A stretch of DNA of 64,000 nucleotides from Lingula anatina (lineage: Eukaryota; Animalia; Brachiopoda): positions 19,530,001 through 19,594,000 of the forward strand of contig CM120645.1 in NCBI GenBank assembly GCA_051362555.1. The letters are read 5' to 3'. The notes below the pieces were generated by a model, which saw nothing but the letters and a program-made list of their open reading frames with translations, was not told where the DNA came from and did no database searches. Position 1 is the first letter of the stretch. The number at the start of each line of letters is the position of its first letter. The translations under genes and the position numbers were made by a program. Of this stretch, positions 52,129 through 64,000 are shown in pieces.

Positions 52129-55100
52129 TGAGCAGGGACAGTAAAAATAAAAAAAAATGTTATAAATCCAACATTTCAATCTTATTGCAATTTTAACAGA
52201 TACTGGTATCAGAACGGGAACCTATTTCCAGACCACCTTAACACTGTGTATATTGCTTACGATAAGAATGACCGCGAGAATGGCTGCATGCAGGTAAGAG
52301 GACCTTTCGCCCAATCTCGTGTAATTTCATTTTTCAAGAACATATTGGTAAGTTACGAAAAATATGCTGACTTGATTTGTCTCGGGACCATCATATAGAT
52401 TGGATAGGTTCTACTGTGTTTTGCAACACAGCGATATTAGTAATGATGACTTTATTCACAATTCATTGAGTATAAACACCGCGTGTATACTCGCATTTTA
52501 TGGAACAAACTGTATTCATATTTTATCTGGTCGAGCGGCTAAGTCCAATTTTTTTCCAGAATTATACAAAAGTTGATAAAAGCACGTACTTTCCACGACG
52601 AATGACCGTTGGGTGTTTGTTAATTTTGAAAAGGGAGACCTACGTTGATGATCATCTCATTTGTCTGTGACGGTCTTCCGTGACTGTCGTTCAATTTCGA
52701 TAACAATAGATGTCATGAGACTACGGTCACCTCTAGTGGTTCAGATCATAACAAATGCTGACAGTCTTCCAAAATTACCTATCATCAATTGATAGGCGTA
52801 CTAATTAATGATGCAATAAAAAATACCTTAAACTAGAAAAGCATTCAGAGAGCGCAGACCTCCGCCAAGGCAGCAAAGTCTCTAACGACAGGTAACTTAA
52901 CCTGTCAGATTCTTGCTATGCTTTAATATTTTTCACCATATATCTCTTGTTTCATGAGGTAATGCTATTGGTATTTTTAAGGGAAATAGTTCGTATTTTT
53001 TAACGACACGTTCGCTTCTTGAAACATACCGCTGCTCCGAGCTGTGGGAGTGGAGGAGAAAAAGACCTATGTACATGTACCTGTGTATAATTATCATGTA
53101 GGTCCCTTTTTCAATTCACTAGTGTTTCCTCAATCATTAAAACAGATAATTTGGACTTTACAGATACCGGTTGCTATGCTACCAAACCTTGGTTGATATG
53201 CTACCAAACCACTATTTCGCTCCAAATTTCAAAAATTTCTCGGGAGAGTTCACCCAAACCACCAACCCCCCCCCCTCCCCGACCCTCCCACCCACCCATC
53301 CTTGAGTAGGATAGGTCTTTAAAAGAGAGGAATTAAAATTTCAAAAAATTTATTTATCTTTTCTGTTATCAAGTTATCAAAACAATTTACAACATAGTAA
53401 TTATCAAATTATACGCAGGCCTACATGATTATGTGATTTATAAAAAATGGCACTTATTCTCTGCACATACAAAAGAAAGGTGGTTTTTATCACTAAATTC
53501 TATTTAAATGTTTAAATAATTAGCTTCAATTTTTTGTCTTGGTGAAACTGTAAGGAAAACTTGAATTAGCATAATTCACTTCTTGATTTTTTTCAAAATT
53601 TATTAAAACTGATGTTTCTAGCAGATATTAAATTAATCGTTCTGAGCTGTTGTAGGCTAGAGTTAAAAAGTCGTCTATATATAATAATAAAGCGGATAGT
53701 TTGTTTCATGGAGTCGGCTGTAGAATGGGCTACTTCAAAATAAATCGTGGAACTTGAGAAAAGTATTGAAGCAGCCGGTGGTTTACAGCAGTCCTCTAAC
53801 CATTGTCAACAATATTGCGGACGCTGCTGTTTGCAGTCAGAGGACCCATCTCAAGCTGTTCTTCCTCCAACACTTCCTATTATGACGAAAAACGCTGCAT
53901 ATAATTAGTCTGTTAACTATACATATATCTATATATGTTTACAGAAAATAAATTCCATCTTTTTTCATTAGATACATGTAGGTTAGAGAGTCGTTAACTT
54001 ATACATGTACAAATTGCTTGAAGTTCGTGAAGGTTCACAATAAGGAACCAGAGAGTAATTACTTTATTAGAAACGGTCAGTGTAATAAATCAAGGCTTTA
54101 CCTGAGCAATGTCTAAAATGGGAGAAGTGACCATATCGGTTGGGAAATTATTCACGTAGTAGTCACACAGCCAACTGCATTAAAAAAATGAATATAAAAT
54201 TGTAATGGATATATAGACAAATAAATATAGTGAATGGATGAAGAAAATATATTAAATACAAAAAAATAATAAATAAATAATATAAATAAATATATGTCAG
54301 ATCTGGCTTAAAAAGTTGTTAGCTATAAGGAGTCTTGCAGTAAGAAAAAACATTCATGAAATTCGTACCGATGACTTAAAAGGCCAGTCATGCTGTCAAT
54401 TCTTTGGTCCACTTCGCTGAAATAAAACAGAGAGGAATGGTTTGATCTGTGCTCAATATGAGACTAAGCAGGGACAATGGAAACTGAAGACAAATGATGT
54501 CTACGAAGTTAACATGACTTATTTTGAAAAGTGCATTATGTACTTTTGTGTCTTTAGACAGGCAAATGCTTACGAAGCTAGTGATAGAATCGTTCACGAC
54601 ATTTCATTAAATTATTCTCTGCACATATTCATGTAGTTGTATGTCATGAAGTAGTATTGCCTACCATACTAATCTATCAATCAGATCCCTGAAGACATGT
54701 TCTGTATCTGTGTAGATGATGGTGCCTTGGAGGATTTTCATTCTGGCTTCTGCTCTGGTCGGCAATTCAGTCCAAAGTGGGTGTCTAAATAAATCGACTA
54801 AAATTATTGCTGTCTTCCAACACTTCCTACTGTTCTAAAATTCTAAGGTATTTTTTAGAAAAAATTACTGGCTACATTCTAATTTTCCAGTTCATACCAC
54901 TAGCAACTCTAAAGAAGGGAGCCGTGTCATTTTGGCTTATATTTCTATCAGAACTATTGGCATGAATAACAGTTCTGTCATGATTCACATAGCTGTATCC
55001 TTTTCATTACCTTCCCTCCATAAGTTCAAACAACATGACACCCAATGCGTAGAAATCGGCTCTCCACGAGGCGGCGCCACCCCTCAGTACCTCTGGTGTC

Positions 55101-58100
55101 ATGTTTTTATAGAGTGTGAAGTTCATAAATTGCACCGCATCGATACTCTCTCCGGCATCATTTAGAGGGTGAACAGATCCTAGATCACACTGAAAGAAAA
55201 TAATCCGCATTTGAAATTTGAATAAAAAGGGAATGTGGTTGCCAAAATGAAAGTGTTGATTACATCCAAAATTTTTTTTTTTTTTTTTTTTTTGTTCAAA
55301 ACAAAACCATATTTTTATCATAGTCATAAAATGTATTAATTCAAATTATGACACATCGGTGACACATGAATAGTCATTTTAGGTACGTAAAGAAGTGAGT
55401 CTTAGCGAAGAGCGAGACGGTATTCAAAATCAGGCCCGACCCAGGAACATCAAGACGAGAAGAGAAAAATAACCTGAAAAAATCGAACGTCTTACCAGTT
55501 TAGGGACCCCATGTAGACTAATCAACACGTTGTTCGTTTTTAAATCAAAGTGGGCTACATTCCGTTGGTGCAGGTGCCCAATAGCCATACAGACGCACGT
55601 GGCAATATATTTCACCATCTGAAGAGGAACTTCGTCCCTAATAAATAAATAAAAGCAACTGTCAGTATGATATTCATGTCAGCATTAAAGGAAATAATAT
55701 TTTGTTGAATACCGAATTTCCTATGAAATAGATATTTTTATAATCGAACAAGATAAAATCTGGAAAAAAATGAAAGTATTATTTAAAGAAAAGAAAGTAA
55801 TATAATTACTTACAAGAAAGTTTCCCAATACTCTTGGAGAATTTCAAGGTCCATCGGACACAATTCCGATAGTAGAACTGGAAACCCTGGTCTAACATCA
55901 AATGAGTGAACGAGTCTGGAATGGAAATTTCTGATATCAGAATAAGTTAAACTACATGTAAATCGGGTGAAAGAAATATTTTCAATCTGTGCAGAGTAAT
56001 TTCTCATTGTATGATAAATAATTGGACATGCGTGTTTCATAGGCATCCAAGCTTACAAACTAATCAACATATTAAATTGCTTGTACTCATCTGATAAAAT
56101 ACCTTAAGATAAATTTGCTGTCTATCCTCTTCATAAAAGAAACTTCTCTGTAGATGGACCTTGCATAGGCCTCAGAGGTAGGCACCTTCAATGCTAGGTT
56201 GTTTTTAAACTAAATATAAAATATTTCGAACGGTTACTGGGATGTCACATCCGTAAACAATATAATAGCAAAATAAACTGGTAACATTACTACAAGATTA
56301 AACACAGTAAACATATATTGTTCTGCTGCTACTACTTTGAAATCTAAAACTATAATTAGGCCCTACTGCCATGACTGTGTGTGTACTTATGCTACTGCTA
56401 TCCCCGTATCACTTTAGTTTGTTTGTCATGATAAGTTCAATACCTTGTACACTGAACCGAATCCTCCACCTCCCAAAATCGGAAGCATCGTGTCTTTCTT
56501 CCAAAAAAGGGCCCGAACCTTAAATTTACATTGAAGAAAAGGAAATTGATAAAAAGTGTAATTGAAATGGATACTTAAACAAAACGGCCACTATACTTAA
56601 AGACACTTATTTTGATTATTAAGAAACAAAGTTATAAATATCTTTTCGGGGTGAAGTAGGACTACAGATATATTGATAATAACAGTTGAGTTTTTGATTT
56701 TTGTTCTGACAAAAAGCAATATCTTACCTCATTTTCGAGTCTGAATATGTCTCTGTGAAAAATATACATGTAACTGTATTTCATGCCTAAAAAGGCCATA
56801 TGCGACGCAACTATCATCGCGTATATCGTCTATTTTACTCAAAAGAAAATCGCTGTATTCACTTCGCTTGCGCGCAGCATATCTCCAATAGCTTTTGTGC
56901 TACCTGGTAACGTCAGCACGAGCCAATGACGTCACAATATGTTTTACCTTTTAAGGATATATATCTATCACGTGAAATACGCATGCGCCCAAAAATGGGA
57001 AATGGGCGTTTTTTCATGCCAACAGTTATAAGGTTGAAAGTAGGCCTAGATCTATAGGCCTATTGTTACTGCCCAAAGCAACAAATGATTTTGATAAAGG
57101 CAATATTCTATACCGACTTGTAACTTGTTTTCAGGTGAAGTACGCCTTCGATTTGAAGAAACGTTGAAATTCTCTGTTTAAAAAAAAAAAAAAAAACACG
57201 GGGTTTCTGTTTAGCGGTGCTTTGGTAGGTTTATCTTGTTCAATAGGCCTAAATGAAAGGGGTTAGGCTAAATATAAACACGTTTGACTTATAAGTAAAT
57301 ATAGATCAGCCAGAAACGGAAATTTTGGAAAGTATTGCAACCGAGCATAGGCCTATAACAACAAGAAGATCAACTTCATGATCAGCTCCTTTATTTACTG
57401 TAGAACTGCATAGGCCTACACAACGCCTATCGAATCACTGACGAGAAAAACGCAAAAGAAGTGGTGCGGGGAATTTATAAAACGGTGACACTTCATCAGC
57501 CAAAATAAGGATGACTTCCTGACGACCATTCATTATGCATGGAAAGTTTCATGCTTTTATCAACTGTTGCACAATTGTTAGATTTAGCCGCCAGACTAAT
57601 CTGTCACCAAAGACATAGCAACCAATGTGCTCTAGTTGTGAAGTGAGATCCTTGCGGGTTCTCATTAGCCTTTGAGACCTACCAGTTGTTTTTTTTTTTT
57701 TTTTTTTTTTTTTTTTCTGATTCTGCTGGATACGAATTCCTATCGGCTCCCACAAAGCTAATCAACCCACCAGCTTTGCCAATTCTGCTAGATTCTGTTT
57801 TGTTCTTTCTAAGCATTTGTTCTACTACACTAAGGTTCTGGTGGGTTCCCACAAGGCCGGTCGCCAGAATCATCACAGAGTTGGGGGCCAGAACGGCATT
57901 GATGAAGAACGAATCGAGCACCTGGCCAAAGTTTGCCCGTTGAAGTACGTGGAGTTAGAGCCTGGTAAGGGTGTCCTAATCTGAGCACACATTTTTTCAC
58001 ACAAACACACGCGCGCGCACGTGCGAGTATATTATGTCAAAATCGGTCGAAATCAATTCAGTTGCAATACTCAAACAATACTAAAGTGCCAACTACCTCG

Positions 58101-59225
58101 TTTATTTCGGTCTTAACATTAATGTAATTGTCTTGACTTTTTTTTGTTATTTTAGCCTACATACCGGTACATCGCCTATTCGGTCACTTTCACTGTACAT
58201 GTACTAATTGTGTATAATTTGTTCATAAAACCTTTTTAGAACAATGTCACATGTTTACGCATTCAGATATCTGTCAGGTGACTAGGTTTGACAGACATAA
58301 TAAAGCCATTTTATTGAAGTAGTTAAAAATCAAAAACGAACATTTATTTCATATTTGTTTCTTTTTGGAATAAATATGTACATCTATATGTCGGCCTATG
58401 TATATTTTTGGAACTTTTGGGGATAGCCTTGAATTAAGAAGCAGGTCTTTATTGGGTAACTAAGTGAATTGCTGTTGTTTGAGAAATAAATGAGGAACCA
58501 TAGTCATTTCCCTTATTTATATAGGAGATGCTTTGATCTTCAACGCCAACTTGATCCATAAGAGCGACGCCAATAACAGTAACAAGCGGCGGTGGTCGTT
58601 CCTTGTTTCTTACAACACCAAGGAAAACAACCCGGTGTACGTTCATCATCATGCCCAGTACACGCCTTTAGATGTGGTACGTCAAGATATTCTGGTCTTT
58701 TTTATTTTAATAAAAATAACCTGGAAAGATTTTGGATAGTTCACGAATATCAAATCTATTTCATGCTCGTAGTTCGCAAAAGCACTGTTCATTCATTTTA
58801 AAATTAATTTTTTTTATTGAATTCAAATAGAATCCGAATACGCAGGATAACTTTACCGTTTGTACATTCATGAGGACGGGTAGCAAAGTTACAGGTGTGG
58901 ATTTGAGGGTTGCACCTGTTTAACTGCTAATTCAAATTAACAAAAATAAAAAAAATTTATGGTAAGAATTCAATTGTTCTTAGAGAGGCAAAACATATTT
59001 TACGTCAGAAAGAGGCAATGGCTCTTTGACACTCCATGACTGACTCGTGATTGAGTAACCTTTTTAACTAACATCATTTCTATGTTGTAGGTTCCTAATT
59101 CCGCCATTAAAGCCTGCGCCAACTTCACAGACATGACGGGGAAGGAATTTCTGGACCCGTCCATTGACAAGACCGTCATCGCCGATAAAACTAACCCTGT
59201 GAAATTACCAAAGACAAGCGAATAA
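49477..59225 (+). CDS. PhyH/EctD-like Fe(II)/2-oxoglutarate dioxygenase, copy 1, 296 aa; exons 49477-49486, 50033-50114, 50610-50691, 51238-51348, 51829-51923, 52200-52293, 57835-57964, 58525-58676, 59091-59225
   Basis: [31 protein letters not shown] (HxD iron motif), ENGCMQVLVGSH, LEPGDALIF..LIH.S..N.S..RR (distal His, 2OG-binding Arg); exon lengths sum to 891 nt. Confidence 0.92.
53880..56518 (-). CDS. Divergent Ser/Thr protein kinase nested antisense in dioxygenase intron 6; exons 56518-56444, 56209-56103, 55915-55814, 55637-55496, 55189-55011, 54784-54665, 54416-54369, 54174-54102, 53894-53880; start uncertain (Met at 56488 gives 276 aa)
   Basis: [56 protein letters not shown]...LLSHRWL; all eight introns GT-AG with matching phases. 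Confidence 0.88.
56923..56988 (-). promoter_or_regulatory. Putative promoter motif cluster of the nested kinase
   Basis: CCAAT (56923) overlapping a CRE TGACGTCA (56927-56934), E-box CACGTG (~56969) and NRF1-like CGCATGCGC (~56980) in a locally CpG-rich patch. Confidence 0.45.
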
Positions 59226-59564
59226 TCCTTTGGAGTGGAGGAAAACCAAAATCAAAGCGAAGTTAATTTTTTTAACATTTGACTAGAATTATTTACCAGA
59301 ATCGGGAGCATAGGCAGCAACTTTTAAGGGTGGAGGGAGGGTTCAAAATAACGAGGGGTGGGGTAGGGGGGGAGGGACAACAAAAATATGTGCTTGAAAT
59401 TCGATATCGGCTGACGTAATGTTTTAACGGTTTATTTTAATTTTTAACATTTACATGTAGCTTAAAGAGTTGAGAGGCGCACAGTGTCCTTCAGACAATG
59501 AAAAAAATCTCTGCCATGTTTTGAACCAGAGATCCATTGTGTTACTGTAAGGGGAGATTTCCAG

Positions 59565-61150
59565 GTATTAAAAACTACATTAACAACGAATTTCAGGACG
59601 CTGTGCTCAATCTTATACAGTGACATTAGTAATTGTTGTTTTCTGTATTGTTTACGTCTTGCCACTTGTGCCTTGTTGATCGACATTGTAATATAATAAA
59701 CTGTCGAACATATACTCTTTAGACTTCTGTTTTTGCTTTACTTTGGTTTGATATTGAATGGTCAAAACTTCTTTGCAAGTAAAGCAGTCGCCATACCGTT
59801 GTATCATCACTTTATATTTTAAGTGGAGAGTTCTCCAAAAAAGTTTGCAATTACTGAAAGGTATACCAAAAACTAAATTTCTACTTATGTATTAGAAAAA
59901 CCCGGATTCAGTAGAAATTGCAGTTACTTCTTTCCATCCTAAACGTTGTGTACAAACAGAACAGAAATGTGTACACAGGAGAAAAAAGGCACTGTATCTG
60001 TGGACATTAGATGAAAAAATTATCTCTGTGACCTTGGTAGAGGTCACACCCGTATTAACATCCAGAAAGATGCACATTTTTAATCTAAAGCATACTCTAA
60101 CTGGTCTATTTATAAAACTAGGCTGCTGTGATACATTAAGAGTTTACATATAGGTCGACCCGGGCGTACGTGTCATTACTGTCGCTTTTGCCGTGTCCTT
60201 GTCGCATAATCTATAAACAGGCATATTAAGGTGCAAGATGGAGGGAGGTGAGGAAAATTGCTATTTTATTCCTTTAACATAAATTAATCGCTAAATCACC
60301 CATCCATATAAGATATAATAAATACAATGCGTTTTGAAAATTTTGAAGGCCAGGCTTGTTGGTCATGTTTTAACGGGTGCCAATGCAGGATGCAGCAATC
60401 ACTAAAATGACCTTGACTTAGCCGTGCTTGTATCTGTTTCTTTACAAACGTACAATGTATTCTTTGGGCCGATTTTACCAAGGAACTTAAGCCCGAAATT
60501 TTGATCAACTGATAAAATTGTAGAAACGCCTTTTGATATAAAGTATTGTTCTGGAATGCATTTCTTGTTATCAAACAGGCACAAGTATTTTATACGGGAA
60601 TTTGGCGCCAAATCTGGTAACAAGTGGCGACGGAAATTTGATGACGTCAACGTAGCGAATTAAACTCAAAAAATGTACGTCGAATGAAAAAATGTCTAAA
60701 TCTCTTCTTTCATCGCATCCATTTTGTTTACTGTACACATATTTTTTTTCCAGAGTACTCTTACGATCCAAACTCATTCGAGGTTACTGAGAAAATGATA
60801 GAAGATTACAATCGCCTAGGGTTTATTATTGTGAGGTAAAGGATGTCTGTCAAAGGCATAACGTGTGTGTATGACCTTTATATTTTTAAAAAGAAAAAAT
60901 GAAGTTCCTGGAGATCTCAGTTTTTATCCCTTTTAACATCAGGCTGTATGCCCTGTCTAAAAAAAATTGAGAAAATTATGAGCCTTAATCCCGTTTTTGA
61001 GTTCTTAATTTATATTTTTAACATTGCAAATAAAATTAATCTGTCTTCATCTTTCTCAAGGATGAGCCCAAATGAGAAAACTACATGTTTAACTCAAGAA
61101 AAGGTTTAGTCCGTCGTTTTGGAGACGATGCTCTAAATATAGTGATTAAG

Positions 61151-61186
<36 letters not shown>

Positions 61187-64000
61187 TTAACCAGAATTTT
61201 GACAAACGTGGAAACTAGCCTTTACCAGTTGCATTAAATTAAATACCTACTTGGCGATAGTGTAGGACAATTCATGTGTGCGTTATCTAATGTAAGTATA
61301 ATGGTTATATATTACATTTCTCAATAACAACTGCTCTCGTAGCTGACGACTGTCTTTCAGGGGGTTGCTGGATGCAGAGGAGATGGCTCTTTTGCGAAAG
61401 ACGTTGGAAGGATCGGACGCAATCATGAAACATGCTTATCAGGTAATATCAAGCATAGTGGACAGGGCACTCTCCTAGCCAAACAAAGACACATCTATTC
61501 CCATATACCCCTAACACGCTTGCCTTCACTTTGGAGCCACCAAGGTAATGTGCTCACATTTGACTTGGGTATATACTGCCAGATTGTCGTTCATACATGC
61601 ATAATGACCTTGGCACATTTTATACAGCTTATTAACTGGTCTCTGAAACCGAGTCCCTTAAATTAAACTGAAAAAGAAATCGTACACGAATGTGCTTTCT
61701 AGGTGCCAGAGTGCACCATGGCCCAAAGGAATCCGCCTTTTTTTACCAGACCCCAAAACAATGCACCATATGAGTTTGGTCTTATACTAATTCCGAAATA
61801 TCAAATCAAATCAAACCATGCCAGTAAAATGCAAAATCAATATATGAGTCATTTTGAAACCGACTTTGTTTTTGCAGTCATATTTGTGGCTCAAAATTAC
61901 CATCTCTTGAAACACGGAATATTAACGGAACGATTGCTTAAAATTAGGCTCCTATGGGCCATAGTAGACTGCCACTGAGATTTCATATATCTCTTTCCAA
62001 CAGATTCCAGATGGCCTGGGCAAGTCTGTGGGGATGTGTATTTGGAGCCACCCAGGGAACGACGTCACAGGGATAATTAGTCGTTCCGAGAAGTTGGTGA
62101 GAACGTCAGAAAAGGTAATGACAAGAGTATTGCCGATGGCTCAGAGAATAAAATTGGCATAGTGACTATATATTATCTTACTGGTTTTTAATTTTATTTA
62201 CTTAAATAAGGTACAAAAACTGTAACACTTTTTTGATGCGATGGGGAAGTTACTTCAATCACGCCCGTTATAGGACTTATGTTATGATAATTATCTTAAA
62301 CCCCCTTTTACATTGGACGGCGTCCTTTCTACGTTCTTCGTGCGACCATGAAAACTGACATCGCTGTGGTCGTAGAAAGGAGGCACAAGTACCGTTTTGG
62401 TTGCAAAATGAATTCTCTGTGATGGGCTAGTTGTCAGCACGTAAAGTTTTTTTTTACCCTAAACAGGACCGTACTAAGGAACGCAGGCTTTAGCCTGTGT
62501 AGATACATTGTGAATAAAAAAATCACATTGCATGCCCCTGTAAATGTTTATTATACTGTTGACGATACTATGCACTTTCAGCTAATAGGACACGGTGAGA
62601 TCTACCATTATCACACCAAGCTGCCCATCAAGGAGCCAAACACAGGGGGAAGTTTCAGATGGCATCAAGATTATGGGTGATTATGTACAATACACTGTAT
62701 ATATATCCCAATCTGAATGACCAAAGGTCCTTTAATGTATATTCCTCCTGTATATCCAGTCAAGGATCAGACTTTGCATCGTCTAGATTATTCAAATAAA
62801 TTCTACTACTCGTACGGGACGTACCAGATTTGAAATCCTTATTTTTTAATTTAATCTCCAAGTGAGAGAGAGAGATTGGGAGAGAGAGAGAGAGCGGGGA
62901 TAGTTAAAAAACATAAAATGTAAAAAATACAACAATTCAATCTTATTTTAATTTAAACAGGTACTGGTATCAGAACGGAAACCTATTTCCAGACCATCTT
63001 AATACTGTGTATATTGCTTACGATAAGAATGACCGCGAGAATGGCTGCATGCAGGTGAGAGGACATTTCGCCCAATCTCGTGTAATTTCATTTTTCAAGT
63101 TCCGAAAAATATGCTGACTTGATTTGTCTCGGGGTCATTATATAGATTTGATAGGTTCTACTGTGTTTTGCAACAACAACAACAAAAAAACAAAACAAAC
63201 AAAAAACAGTGTGTTAGCGATATTAGTAATGATGACTTTATTCACAATTCATTGAGTAGGGCCTATAAACTTAACCTGTCAGATTCTTGGTACACTTTGA
63301 TATTTTTCACCTTATATCTATTGTGTCATGAGGTAATGCTATTGGTATTTTTAAGGAAAATAGTTCGTATTTTTTAACGACACGTTCGCTTCTTGAAACA
63401 TACCGCTGCTCCGAGCTGTGGGAGTGGAGGAGAAAAAGACCTATGTACATGTACCTGTGTATAATTATCATGTAGGTCCCTTTTTCAATTCACTAGTGTT
63501 TCCTCAATCATTAAAACAGGTTATTTGGACTTTACAGATACTGGTTGCTATGCTACCAAACCACTATTTCGCTCCAAATTTTCAAAAATTTCTCGGGAGA
63601 GTTCACCCAAACCACCACCCCCCCTCCCCGACCCTCCCACCCACCCATCCTTGAGTAGGATAGGTCTTTAAAAGAGAGGAATTAAAATTTCACAAAATTT
63701 ATTTATCTTTTCTGTTATCAAGTTATCAAAACAATTTACAACATAGTAATTATCAAATTATACGTAGGCCTACATGATTATGTGATTTATAAAAAATGGC
63801 ACTTATTCTCTGCACATACAAAAGAAACGTGGTTTTTATCACTAAATTCTATTTAAATGTTTAGAAAATTAGCTTCAATTTTTTGTCTTGGTGAAACTGT
63901 AAGGAAAACTTGAATTAGCATAATTCACTTCTTGATTTTTTTTCAAAATTTATTAAAACTGATGTTTATAGCAGATATTAAATTAATCGTTCTGAGCTGT
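59565..64000 (+). repeat. Tandem duplication unit, copy 2 (truncated by window end)
   Basis: Colinear with 48812-53610; lacks ~420 bp present at ~52472-52893 in copy 1. Confidence 0.9.
60238..63054 (+). CDS. PhyH/EctD-like dioxygenase, copy 2, partial (exons 1-6: 60238-60247, 60754-60835, 61361-61442, 62004-62114, 62582-62676, 62961-63054); continues beyond the window
   Basis: Translation identical to copy 1 over six exons; splice sites intact. Confidence 0.9.

Larger units (their letters stand above)
48812..59564 (+). repeat. Tandem duplication unit, copy 1 (~10.75 kb)
   Basis: gtattaaaaactacattaacaacgaa... starts at ~48812 and again at ~59565; colinear to the window end (53610 matches 64000). 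Confidence 0.9.

Noticed and set aside
55430-55618. Nested kinase as a pseudogene or pseudokinase
   Set aside because: All exons splice in frame with no stops and the catalytic residues are present

Overview
AT-rich, intron-containing eukaryotic DNA, most likely from a marine invertebrate (an inference from gene content and the abundant TACATGTA/TAGGCCTA palindromes). Most ORF-track entries are microsatellite or intron noise. Hand-splicing with consistent GT-AG phases gives six genes plus one partial duplicate. (1) A minus-strand Shisa-like single-pass membrane protein with a PPPY motif and a C-terminal PDZ-type tail; its 5' exon is unresolved. (2) A plus-strand 10-exon aldose 1-epimerase (GALM-like) with an atypical N-terminal type-II transmembrane anchor, hosting five antisense tRNA-Asp(GTC) genes in its introns. 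(3) A convergent 4-exon bacterial-like SDR. (4) A 216-aa uncharacterised protein. (5) A 9-exon PhyH/EctD-like Fe(II)/2-oxoglutarate dioxygenase. (6) A divergent non-RD Ser/Thr kinase nested antisense in intron 6 of that dioxygenase. A ~10.75-kb tandem duplication carries a second dioxygenase copy that runs off the window. There is also one tRNA-Glu(CTC), several MITEs, a foldback-like element, minisatellites and microsatellites. All exon structures and family calls were made by eye; no database search was run.
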